This document shows positions 1 to 10,639 of a DNA stretch of 64,000 nt, one piece after another. The notes beneath the pieces were generated by a model. The model worked only from the letters and a program-made list of their open reading frames with translations, searched no databases and was not told where the DNA came from. Numbering within the stretch: the stretch's first letter is position 1; each line of letters opens with the position of its first letter. The position numbers and the translations under genes were made by a program. The DNA is from Phallusia mammillata (taxonomy: Eukaryota), in the NCBI GenBank assembly GCA_965637545.1, contig OZ281497.1:22568001-22632000 (forward strand). Reading direction: 5' to 3'.

Positions 1-192
1 CAAATCTATCAAGACGTAGCAAAGACCAGTGTTTGACAGGTTTTCCTTTTTGAAGTTAATTATTTTGGTTTATTTTTTAGCAGTCAGCACAGGCATATAA
101 TCAAGAAACAATATAGATGTTACGCTTTCGTTTTGAGAACTGATGTGGAAAACCTTATAGTCAAGCGATTGTTTAAAAGTTAAATTTATTAA

Positions 193-234
193 TGCATCAG
201 TCCAGGCGGTCAGTGCAACTATGCTGGTATCTAG
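193..234 (+). pseudogene. Family X 3' fragment
   Basis: Translates to CISPGGQCNYAGI*, matching the end of 16906..17535 (CISSGGWCNYAGI*). The following ~300 bp match the 3' flank at 17534-17900. Confidence 0.7.
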
Positions 235-811
235 TAAATTACAAATACTAATTTTGTTTCTAACATTACATTTAGAACATGTACAAATGTGTATAACTTC
301 ATAACTACGTGGTTTTTGGTTTGAGGAATTTTGGTTTTCGGCATGTTAATTTTCTATTATCATATTAAATTAGAACGTTGATGCTTACTTTCTAAATTCC
401 ACTCTTTTAATTTGTGTCTTATTTTTTATTACTTTGTATGTACACCATACAAACAAAGTTGCGAATCCAAGTAAGTTTGCCGACAGCATAATTTCACACT
501 GCATAGTACATATAAACATTTAAACAAAGTGAACACCACTGCATCGCCGCTTTAGTGTTTTCGTTTCAAAAAATGCTTTTTGGTCGCCCATTTTTGAAAA
601 ACGTTTTGGTCGCCCATATTCGTTTCTGGTACACGGTTGTTCCAGTCCTTGTAAATTTAAACGGAGTATTATCAGTTTTAATATTTTGCACTGTTTGCAG
701 GCAAATACTTTTTATAAAGACAATTACCAAATCAAAATCAAAATTAAATTAAACTGAACTGCGCTTCCAAGATTAGTTTCTGGAAAAAAGTAAACTAAGT
801 GGCAAGTTATC

Positions 812-1471
812 ATGTCTTCATCTTGTTCTTCAACGTGTTCTTCAACTAGTGAAGACGAAAGTATCTTTAAGTTTTTTGTTACCTTAAAGAAACGAAAGCC
901 GGAGCTTAGAAACGGAAATGTCATCTACTATTCGTTGGACGACAGCTTTGTGGATGGATTCTTGTGGAAAATAAATGCAGAAAAAAAAACCCAAACTGAC
1001 GACCGCGATGTAACCGGTACAGCAGAGAAAATTGACACCAAAGGAAACTCTGTATTCGCAAACCAAAAGGAGGCAGAACGAGCAATTTTTCGAGTTTTTA
1101 CCAAATGCGAAATTAAACGTGTGGGGGAAGTTGTTAAAGAGGAGGACGTCGATGAATACGAAGAAGGTGACGTCGCCTTCACTTTGCGAAATGAGCGAAA
1201 CGATTACCCAATATCAAAAACGTGGAGCCTTAAAAAATTCGGAACTGACATAGAATTTAACACAGGAATTCTTAAAACCTACGAATCTGTGCAATGTGTT
1301 CTGGGTCTTGTAGAATCACCGGTTCCTATTCCATTGCTAGAGATGGTTAATATGTTGGGTGAGCATTTTGGTCGTGAAAACGTTAGGTATGTGTCTGTGT
1401 GCAAAAGTCCTATTGGGTGGTGCAAAATTGCTGGCATACCACGAGACGAAGATAGTGACTGTGAATATTAG
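812..1471 (+). CDS. Family X protein, subfamily A (219 aa, intronless, acidic C-terminal tail)
   Basis: Full ATG-TAG ORF sharing motifs IYYS, W[KR][IV], VTGTAEK, VAFTLRN, CVLGLVES, LGEHFGRENVRYV and WCKIAGI with the other intact paralogs. Closest to 41652..42308. Confidence 0.85.
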   Translation: MSSSCSSTCSSTSEDESIFKFFVTLKKRKPELRNGNVIYYSLDDSFVDGFLWKINAEKKTQTDDRDVTGTAEKIDTKGNSVFANQKEAERAIFRVFTKCEIKRVGEVVKEEDVDEYEEGDVAFTLRNERNDYPISKTWSLKKFGTDIEFNTGILKTYESVQCVLGLVESPVPIPLLEMVNMLGEHFGRENVRYVSVCKSPIGWCKIAGIPRDEDSDCEY

Positions 1472-1859
1472 CAGAACCGTCGATACTTTCGTGTGTTGAA
1501 ATATAATTGCACTGTTATGGACTTTATATTCCCATGTAAAACATTCAGTTTATCGCTTGTTGACTTGTGTTTCATTTTTTGATTACTTTGTGTGTATATA
1601 CTGTAAAAATAAAGATGCTGAACAATCTAATGGAATTAAAGGGCAGCATGAGTTAACAGTTGATGATACATCTACCACATAGGCTATGTAGGATTATCTT
1701 TAAAAATTATTAAAATTGACAAAACAAGACGAAACATAAAAAATATATTCAATCAGGTCATTTTGAAAGAAAATAACAGTAACATTATTAAAAAACAGTT
1801 TGTAGCAGTTGGTGAAAGGAATGCCTAATAATGTCACTATTTAAACAGTAAAGAACAGG

Positions 1860-2465
1860 CACACCGCACGAATGATTTACGGGTGGCGATGGTAATACCA
1901 GGTGGTTCCCCAGGTTCTTTTTTGGCGAAACCCGGGTTTTGGAAAGGATAGATTTTGCCGTCCGCAAAAAGCACCGTATGCACGCATAGGTAATAGAATT
2001 GAAGAACTGTAGAAATTTTTGAATTAGTGTCTACCTGCCTGCAAATTTGATTTACATATGATTTAAAAGTACGTCATTACCTATCAAATGTTTTTCAATT
2101 ATACTACGAGAGTTAATTGAATACATACTACGTACACATTTTTTATCCCGTGATTTAAATAAATGGTTTTCCATGATTTTGGTAAAATCAAAAAACTCGG
2201 TTACGAAATACGGATAATCATTGCTTTTTGTGCAGTGGTATGACTTTTGGCTCGTGTTTGCCAGTGAAGGCCGTTGCTTTGATTCCTCGTCTTCGAGCGG
2301 GTACACAAACGTTTTCGTGTTTGGCATAGGCGGGAGTGTTGCATCGTAAATAACCTACCTTTTTCGCTAGGTTCGCTGAACCTATTAGTCGTAAAGAAGT
2401 GTACCGAGTTTTCGTGAAATCTGAGCATCAGTCTGCGATTTTGGGTACAGTACAAGTTACACCTA
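1860..2465 (-). pseudogene. Degenerate copy of an unidentified minus-strand gene ('family Y')
   Basis: Frameshifted translation RFHENSVHFFTTNRFSEPSEKGRLFT / PNTKTFVYPLEDE aligns with DFNKDYVHSITPKMFYDLSQKGAMLFT / PESTNKF-VYPF*DE at ~34.8 kb. YGAFCGRQN here matches HGAFCERQN there. Confidence 0.5.
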
Positions 2466-2484
2466 TATATATATATATATATAT
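2464..2484. repeat. (TA)n microsatellite
   Basis: Run of tatatata directly visible. Confidence 0.85.
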
Positions 2485-3401
2485 TGTAATTTTTTTGCGT
2501 CAGGGTTTTTGTCGCAACAGTTTATTTGCGATTTCGATCAGTATGTTTAAAGTGTTGCTAAAGTTTTACTCTGCTGCATATTCACTCTGTTTTCAGCAGT
2601 AACAATTTGTTGATAAATCCAGAACCCCTTAAAAAAATTTGACGTTATTTAGAAAAGGCGAAGCTGGCTATGAAAGTGCCGTTTTAACCATAACGAACTA
2701 AGTCAAGAGCTGTGACCAAGTGAGTGTCGTACAGTAAAAAAGTGATAAGCCTAATTCTAAAACCTTTTATACCAAGCGACACAGTTCTTTACATGTAACC
2801 AAATACTATTTTAAAATTACAGTTTTTCGCAATGCGTGTAAAAGCAATTTGGCTCTTGTTAATTTGATAAAATGAAAATGCAATGAAAAGATTTTCGATT
2901 TTACCATTTTGCCAGAGATACTAACACCATAGCTCTTGACAGACAAAAGGTAAAATTAGATAGGTTACGTTGTCTAACACAATTATTAAAATACCAGTTG
3001 GTAGGATAGAAACTTGCGCAACTAAAACCTGATCCCAGGTCGAAACCTCGTGAGACGGGGGCGATAGGGTTCATGAACAATGTTTTAAACTTAGTTTGCC
3101 TGTTATGTTTGTTATAAGACTTTACTCCAACCCAAAATATTTTAAACCACCAGCAGATTTGAGGAAATCCTTTTAAATGAGAGCCAATTTTCTTTGCGCT
3201 GATACTGATTTGCTCAGTTTATTTGTAACTTAAGCAAGGTCAAAGCACAAAGAAAAAGAAATACGTCTAAAGTAGGATTATCAGACGTCCGGAATTCTCT
3301 GTTAAGTGAGAAAATATTTTTTCAATACACTCCCTAATGTCCGGAATTTAGTGTTTAGCAGCTTGGAAGTTTTTAAAGTGGCCGAAATTGCCTTGCTGGG
3401 A

Positions 3402-3761
3402 CAGAGTTGCAAGTCGGGCCGGGCTTTTCGGGCCGCAAAAACTCAAAACGGGCCTGCCTTTACGTTCCGTTTCCACCATTTTAGTAACAATTCTCTGGCT
3501 TTGACCTAATGCCCACCCTTCTCTAAAACGTATTGTTTACCCCATTGTCTACTATTGTTTGTTGTGTTTGTTGTCTTTTCTCTCTTTTTTTTCTCATACT
3601 TTGTTGCAACTTGCAAGGCTTTCGTGGATAGGCCTGTCAATCAAAATTTCGGGCCTAAACTGGCTGTGCAAAAACGTTTCGGGTTCGGGCCGGGTTTCGG
3701 GCTTATACTTTCGGGTTCGGGCCGGGTTCGGGCTCAGATTTCGGGCCCGCTTGCGACTCTG
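3402..3761. mobile_element. hAT-type MITE (360 bp)
   Basis: Imperfect TIRs cagagttgcaagtcgggccg / cgggcccgcttgcgactctg. Perfect 8-bp TSD tgctggga at 3394-3401 and 3762-3769. Internal ttcggg repeats. Confidence 0.85.
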
Positions 3762-4390
3762 TGCTGGGATGATTCAAGCAAGTGGACAAATGCCTCATCA
3801 TCCGTTAATATTTAAGAACGACTGCTTGGTTTCTTCCTTATTTCTGCGAACAAGGATGTCTAAAGCGCTTTACGGTTACTGTTGTCTGTGCGATTTTTTA
3901 AGCACGGATCTAAAACGCACGTAATATGGCCCAGTTTGGTTTCGAGAATAGCATTTATTGAAAGTGTCCGGAATTTGGTCCACTTAGATATGGCAACCGA
4001 GACCTAAATGTCAAATATAAAAGAATATTTTAGGTAAGGAGACGTTATCTCAACATTAAAGTAGCAAAATAGTTTGCTAGTGATTCTAGTTCACATGGCG
4101 CGCACTATAACAATCTGCTAAACATTTTACGAATAAAGAATAAAATAAAAAATTTAATTAGTTTAAAGATGAATCAACCTTTCCTGGCAAACGTAAGCGA
4201 GGTTGTTAAACATGTTCAGTTAACTAATATCACAGCAAGACACATTAAATTCCAAAAGTTATATGTATTGCAGGAAAAAACTTCCTTAAAAGTCCACTAC
4301 CACGAGGCACATGAAATTCTAGTTTACAGTTAACAAACGACTTAATATGGAAATGAAGCGAAATAGTCACAAGGTGGTACGAAATGATAA

Positions 4391-4440
4391 GCTGCATACA
4401 TTGCACAGTGTTTCGACTTGTAAGGTCTAATCAGTGCAGC
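4391..4440 (-). ncRNA. Type I hammerhead ribozyme motif, inverted copy (core-mutated)
   Basis: Minus strand reads gctgca-CTGATTA-GACCT tac AAGTC-GAAA-CA ctgtgcaa TGTA-tgcagc. Stem I is intact, but G8 of CUGANGA is T and stem II has a mismatch, so it is probably inactive. Confidence 0.65.
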
Positions 4441-4491
4441 TGGTGACGGGAGATCGGCCGCATTGGCTAGTGTAGCCTTTCAACGGCACTC

Positions 4492-4539
4492 GCACTGATG
4501 AGACCTTGTAGGTCGAAACAATGTGCACTGTCTGCAGCT
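4492..4539 (+). ncRNA. Minimal type I hammerhead ribozyme, copy 1
   Basis: CTGATGA (4495-4501), stem II GACCT/AGGTC, GAAA (4515-4518), stem III ACA/TGT around an 8-nt loop containing palindrome GTGCAC, GTC triplet 4530-4532. Stem I is only 3 bp (gca/tgc). Confidence 0.75.
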
Positions 4540-4768
4540 TATCATTTATTGGCTCTATGCTTTTACATTGGTACTGTGACTTTGAGCCGACTTCACGGTG
4601 GTTCCCAAGCAGTTGCTTGGCCACTGTGAGCCAGTTTCATTTGTGCTGTACGCCCAGTTGTGGCATCGCACAGGCTAGGTGATGCATGGGGTTGTACCCT
4701 GTTGCTCACCACAAACTGGAGTGCCGCTGGATGGCTACACTAGCCAATACGGCGCATCTCTCGTCACC

Positions 4769-4813
4769 AGCTGCACTGATGAGACCTTATAGGTCGAAAC
4801 ACTGTCTGCAGTT
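4769..4813 (+). ncRNA. Minimal type I hammerhead ribozyme, copy 2
   Basis: Stem I agctgca/tgcagtt (7 bp including one G-U), CTGATGA (4776-4782), stem II GACCT tat AGGTC, GAAA (4796-4799), very short stem III, GTC triplet 4804-4806. Confidence 0.8.
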
Positions 4814-5047
4814 AATCATTTATTGGCTCTATGCTTTTACATTTGCACAAAATAATTATTACTTAACAGAGTGGGTCGATTTAGATTGCAGTTTACAGAT
4901 AAAGGGTTGACGCAGCCGTAGCACATTTTAGTAAATACTCTGTTAAAATCGTAAACAAGATTTTTTTACACTACTGACTACACTACTGATTGTACGCGCA
5001 TCTAAATCAGACAAAATTTTAAAAGAGTATTTTTGGATGAATTATGG

Positions 5048-5822
5048 CTACTTGACGATGAATGACTTGATGGTTGTTATGATGCAGGGGTACTGTGATG
5101 CCATTTCATCTTTTGGAAAACTGCTCGAAAGTTGTAAGTCGCAGAGCTTGCTGTCACAACACCGCGCTTGACACGCACTGTTCAAAAAGTGTTTATAGGT
5201 ATAATTGTTTTATTGCTTCGCTAGAGCAAAACACCACTTTAAAAATATAATTATTATAGAAAATATTATGTTGAAAAGTTTAATGAAAAAAATAGATCTG
5301 TTAGTTGTGGAAAGTTTCACTTGCTGCACAAATTTTCATGACGAGTTGAGAGCATAAATGAAGATAATAAAATAGCATTTTGTTGTCTATTTTGGTAATG
5401 TACGATTTGTATACCTATATTTCGTGAAATCCAAGTACACTCCAGAGCTTTCAAAATTGTTTTCCATTGTTCCCACATGGTCACATAAGTCACTTGGATC
5501 GTTGCATATTTCTTTTGGAACACAAGTTATAACCGCCTGATGCTTAGCAGTAGCGGATTCTGTAAGAAAAAGCATATACGGTTAACGTTAGACGCAAAAA
5601 TGCAACAGATAGTTGAATTTCTGTACTACAGTTTACTACCAATATGAAAACAATTTTTTGGAAATTTTCTGCTTTCTGCTCACCACATATGCCATAACGA
5701 AAAGTGTATTCCAGCCTCGCGCACGTCTGATCTTCTCTACCGCAATCACACTCAACAAGTTCAGCACTACCTTGCGAGAAGACCACAAAAATTACGAACA
5801 GCAATAACTTGAATTTCTGCAT
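5048..5822 (-). CDS. Secreted Cys-rich protein, three-finger (LU / activin-receptor ectodomain)-like, 137 aa, copy 1
   Basis: Exons 5822-5684, 5559-5415, 5177-5048 with GT-AG sites and matching phases (1, 2), no internal stop. Signal-peptide-like MQKFKLLLFVIFVVFSQGSAE, 12 Cys, ends of domain CQARCCDSKLCD. Exon lengths and stop conserved in copy 2. Confidence 0.8.
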
Positions 5823-6873
5823 CCTTAATTATGTACGTAAACCCAATGACAATGTAGAGTTTTTGATAAGGAACAGTTCTCTTTGGTTGTTGCTGAAGTA
5901 GTACAGTGGACAACCCGAATGATGTAACAAAGGACATGTTAACCCAGGTAGATCACGAGTGGTTCCTCTTTGGTGCGACTCGGGTTTCGGTATGCGATGA
6001 CGCTCGCTGAATATTTGGATAAGGTTACAGCGTTTTATGTAAATACTTGCACAAACATTTACTCTACACCTGAGTTACAGCCTTAATTTTCTCTTTTGTC
6101 CGTAGCGTTTCGGACTTTTGAAAAGCAAGAGAAAAGTTTAGGAAATGATATTGTTGGGCCACCGGCAAATAACATTGCTGCTTTAAAGTGCAAAACTTTG
6201 ATTGACATAGCAGTGCACTGATCGTGGGGTAAACTAATGCGATCGTGTGGTAAACTAACCTGCAATCGCGGAGACTGAAGACGTGCATTATGCAAGCGGA
6301 CTACCACTGGATTCCGGTTGCAAGTCATAATTTTGTCGAATATTTACTTTTAACAAACAAGGGCAAAGTCATTTAATAGTGCGTAACATCTACCTTTGAA
6401 ACGCTGGAACATCACGCGTAGCGTAACATTTGCCCAGAACAAATTCTTGCACCGATAGCAAACAATTGATTGATTTTAAATTTTGATTTTAAATGCAACA
6501 ACGTTCGTGGCAAAACTGCAGTGAACTATAATCGTGGGGTAACGAAATGGTCACTTGACGCTGCAAATGTACTTGTTCAGGACTTGCAGCATATTTCAGT
6601 AGATGGTATTAAACTAAGCAGCTTTAGGTGGATGTAATCTTTGTCAAAATTTTACTAACAAACCTTTGTTAGTAGATATGAGATTAAGTTTGATTTAGTG
6701 CACATTAAATTTGCTAAGACAAACAAATGTTGATTGTCAAGTAAACGAAAGCCTTACATTTTGTGTATAATATACTAAACGCAGCTTTCAAATTGAACTT
6801 AAGTAACCAATTTTGCAATTTATGTACAACATTACATTTACGGCCACACAATTTTTGAGAAAATTTAATCATA

Positions 6874-7624
6874 ATGGCACAGTTACCAACAAAAGATTCT
6901 GTAAATTCTGTAAAAGAAATTTTCGGTGATTCTATGGCGCCCCAAGGCAGCATATGAATCAGGAAACATGATTTATTATTCTATGGGTGGAGTTTGGTGG
7001 AGAATCGTGGTAAACCTACGGACGACTGCAACGTAAAAGGAACGGCCGAAAAATGGATGAAAATGGAAGCACAGAAGAAGACGCAAAATCCTTCAACAAG
7101 TCTTTACAGGTTGCACCGTTAACAAAATCAAACAAGTTTCCCAAAACGTTACGAGTGATTTACTGGTGCGTGGGGTTGCCTTTACGCTTCGAAATGATTC
7201 ACAACCTGCTGTTTTAGCGAGTTTGAGTGGTGTAACCATTCCAAACCTAGATGAAAGTGGTATATGTGTACAAACGGGTATATTGGAAAACGAAATATCG
7301 GTAAAATGTGTGTATGAAGGGTTTTTTAGGTTTGGTTTGGGTGACCGCTAAGTAGCTTTAAGAGACCGCAAGTGTTTCATTTAAATACCAAAAAATAGCC
7401 ATATTTGCTTAAACGAAATTTTGGGAAACCGCTGAAGAAATTTGTGGACCGTTTCGGTCCCCCAAAACACTTTAAAAAAACAGTGTATGTATGGTTTTGC
7501 TGAGTCATGTGAAGCTGTTCCGTTGTTAACTGTCGTAAACATGCTGAGTGATTATTTTGGCCTTAGGTGGGTGTCAAAATGTACGAACAAAGGTGCTTGG
7601 TGCAACTATGTCGGCATACAGTAA
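6874..7624 (+). pseudogene. Family X pseudogene (subfamily C), frameshifts plus insertion
   Basis: Motifs GNMIYYS, VAFTLRND and WCNYVGIQ* are recognisable across several frames. Interrupted by a ~172-bp insertion. Confidence 0.85.
7317..7488. mobile_element. Short insertion in family X pseudogene
   Basis: Absent from the paralog at 21355-21385 (aaaatgtgtgtatggttttgc). Flanked by duplicated gtatg. No clear TIRs. Confidence 0.5.
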
Positions 7625-9748
7625 ATTTTAAGTAGTGTGATTGCAATGTATATGTATGTAATGAAGAAATTATGACAAACTGTATATATTTGTAATTGAT
7701 TTTTGATGTTGATCTAATCATGATTGCTCTTTATCGCGTATACTGGAAATATAATTTACGATTTAAATAAAAAAGTTTTAAAGCATTTTTAGGCAAGTAG
7801 AAAGCGTTCGCGCTTGAGCTTAACTCTGCTTTGCAGCAATAAAAAGTTGCAAATAATAGATTTAAATTTTCAGAAACCTCCATGAATGCCTTGAATACAT
7901 TTTATATTGCTAGACAGCCGATTTAAATTGCATTTAGGTTTTTTTATAGTTGTATTGCTAATACTGTTACGTCCTTTAGTTGTCGCCGGAGTGCTTGAAA
8001 AAAAACTGACTGTATTTCACAACCGTAAATTTAAACAGCAATAAAACACACAAAGCTGGGCCAAGGACTCGGCAGTCAACATAGCAGAGGTGCCAATCGA
8101 GTGTTATAAAAGTGTTACATGTATACGATCGAATCTTGATTCGTTACTAACGTTCATTACTTACAGCAAGAGGAAGGGCTTCACAAGGCCTTAGACTTAC
8201 CAGCATTTAGTTGATATTGCGAGTTTAGTAGGCACAACAGGTGCTAACAGAGAGGGCTACACAGTATACCGCCAGACGGCGCACTTGCCGCCGTAAGGTG
8301 GTGCATTTTGCCACCACAAGGTGGCGCAATATATTTTATATTGTTGCCCCCACCCCCACCCCCCCTAAAATCCTGGATACGCCACTGGCCACTATCCCAA
8401 GTTATGTACCATCTACATTACACACTATACAAAATCAATAGTCATAAAGTAAAAGTAAAGTAGTCAAGGGGCAATGTCTAATCATTCGCGTTTAGCTGCA
8501 AATGTAATGTTTTATTGAAACGTAAGTATGTCTGGCTACAGCCTAAACAAGAGAATAGGAAAAAACGGCAAATGCTGTATCAAATGGGCTCAAACTAAAA
8601 CAAAAAAAGGTCAAACACATCCCGAATGCCGTTGAAACTGATAGCAATTAGCAAATACTGACCATTTCCCTGTGCAGCATTGTTAGTGTCAATAAATTCA
8701 AATGTGTAGCAAGTGAATATTTGCGTTAAAAACATAGAAACTTAAGTTCATTTAAACTGTCTTAATGCAAACTAAACTGATGTAGAATAGCAATTTTGAG
8801 ATTGCTCGAGACACACAGTTTTGCGCTAGGTTCGTTAGGTTTCAACCATTAAATTAGTGATTGATACTGCGCTGTATTATAAGTGAGAAATGTAATGTTG
8901 CGTCAATGACCTTGATTTCAGAATAAGTTTCTGTTGCAACAACTAAGACCGGTTTACACCAAGCGAAGCTACAAACGAGAATTATTTTTTCTCTGTTTAA
9001 GCAACGCGTGGGAAAGTCCGATTTCGCGCTTCTCTCCTTTGCGCGCTCCGCCTCTGAGTTGCTCCATGAGCAACAGAAACCACCCTTCGATCTTGCGTTT
9101 TTTGTACAGAAATACTTCATTCCAACCTTTAACCAAAAATGTACGTTACTAAGGAACGTAGGGAAAATAATTTCATTACCTCTACGATTACTTTTTTTGT
9201 ACATCCAAGTTAAATAACCTTTTCAACAGGGCGAATTAATGATCTGCCATGAGCAGTTAAAGTCACATTTGTTTTTCGTTTTTTCTTCGGTTGAATGTGC
9301 TTCATTGCTCTTTGGAAATAACTGTGAGGGATGATAATGGCTTGTGCACCAGAGACCACTTTGAATCTAGTGGATAAACATAACAAATTTTAAAAAATAG
9401 ATATCTGCAAAATCTTGGTTCATCGTGGTTGCATCTCACCTTGGCTATAATACTTGTAACAAACCTTTACAAAATGATTTTATTCATCGCAGCTAAAACG
9501 TCGTATTCCATGTGCGGGACATCACCATTCACGACTATACCTAGTTCTACATTTGAACAGCGTCTGAGGGAGCGTAAGTAGAATGTCGACGTACCTTCCC
9601 TACAGCATTAATTACAAATTTCGTTGCTTAAATGCCGCTGCGCGAATTCGTCTCCTAGAACCGCGTCGAAGCACTGGTTCAGAGGAATGAATGGTTCCTG
9701 CAACAATCTTAGGACCACTCGATCATTTCTAAGGCCACAAATAAATTG

Positions 9749-9814
9749 AAAGACTGTCTTAATATCATTAAAAAGACTGTCTTAATATCATTAAAAAGAC
9801 TGTCTTTAATATCA
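9749..9814. repeat. ~22-bp tandem repeat x3
   Basis: aagactgtcttaatatcatta unit repeated three times. Confidence 0.85.
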
Positions 9815-10639
9815 TCGAATTTCCAGTGACATGCCTGCATACCTATCAACTGTTTCATGAACCTACTTATTTCTTACAAGGATTCATATCGGTCTAATGC
9901 TAGATTCCTTTTGGGTTTACGGTATGCATCAAATTTATCAAGAATTACCTTTCGGATTTTTGCGTTCGTCATTCCTGAGTTCCAATGTATTATAAATGTC
10001 CCGTCCATCCAAGGCGAAAATAACTGCATTTTTTCATGTTAGACTTTCCCGATTATTTGCCGCCAATTTCGAAAGTTTTCTGCAACGTTTCCATTGTGGA
10101 AATTCATTTCCTGTTTGTTGCTTGGAAATTCCATTGTTAAATCACCATTTCTGACACCCTGTACTGATTTATTCCAAGGAGCCAAAAGCAAAACTGCACC
10201 GCATGCACGCACAGTCAGAATGGCCTCTAAGGGAGAGGTAGCATACAAAAAACTACGTAGTGGAAAATCACTCAAGCGAATAATTACGTCATATCGCAAA
10301 TCTAACCGACTTTTGGCATTACAATAGGAGGTTGTTGTGAGCCCATCTGAGACACACAGTTTCTTTAAAGCCGTGTTGTGGCCTTAAAATGTAAAGCAAC
10401 CATTGCTTAATAAAATTTTTTATCCGTGAACGAAAAGGAATGATAGTCGCCAAACCCAGTGTGGAGTGTTTGTTGTTTAGCAGTAAAACGCTGTTTCATT
10501 TAAACACTAATCACGTTATTGCTTGTTGTACTAATACAAACACACCGAAACGGGGGATACTGTTAAATATTGATTAAAAGGTAAAACGCTTTCTATCAAT
10601 AAACAACGAATGTCTGTTTGTTTAAGATACAATCCAGGA

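Larger units (their letters stand above)
4382..4842. mobile_element. Retrozyme / Penelope-like non-autonomous element
   Basis: Direct repeat 4492-4568 vs 4773-4842, plus a ~95-bp inverted repeat 4382-4477 vs 4734-4823. Each repeat carries a hammerhead core. No RT ORF nearby. Confidence 0.65.

Noticed and set aside
8260-8390. GC-rich patch ending aaaatcctggatacgccactg
   Set aside because: Looks like one MITE end, but no matching second terminus or TSD was found.
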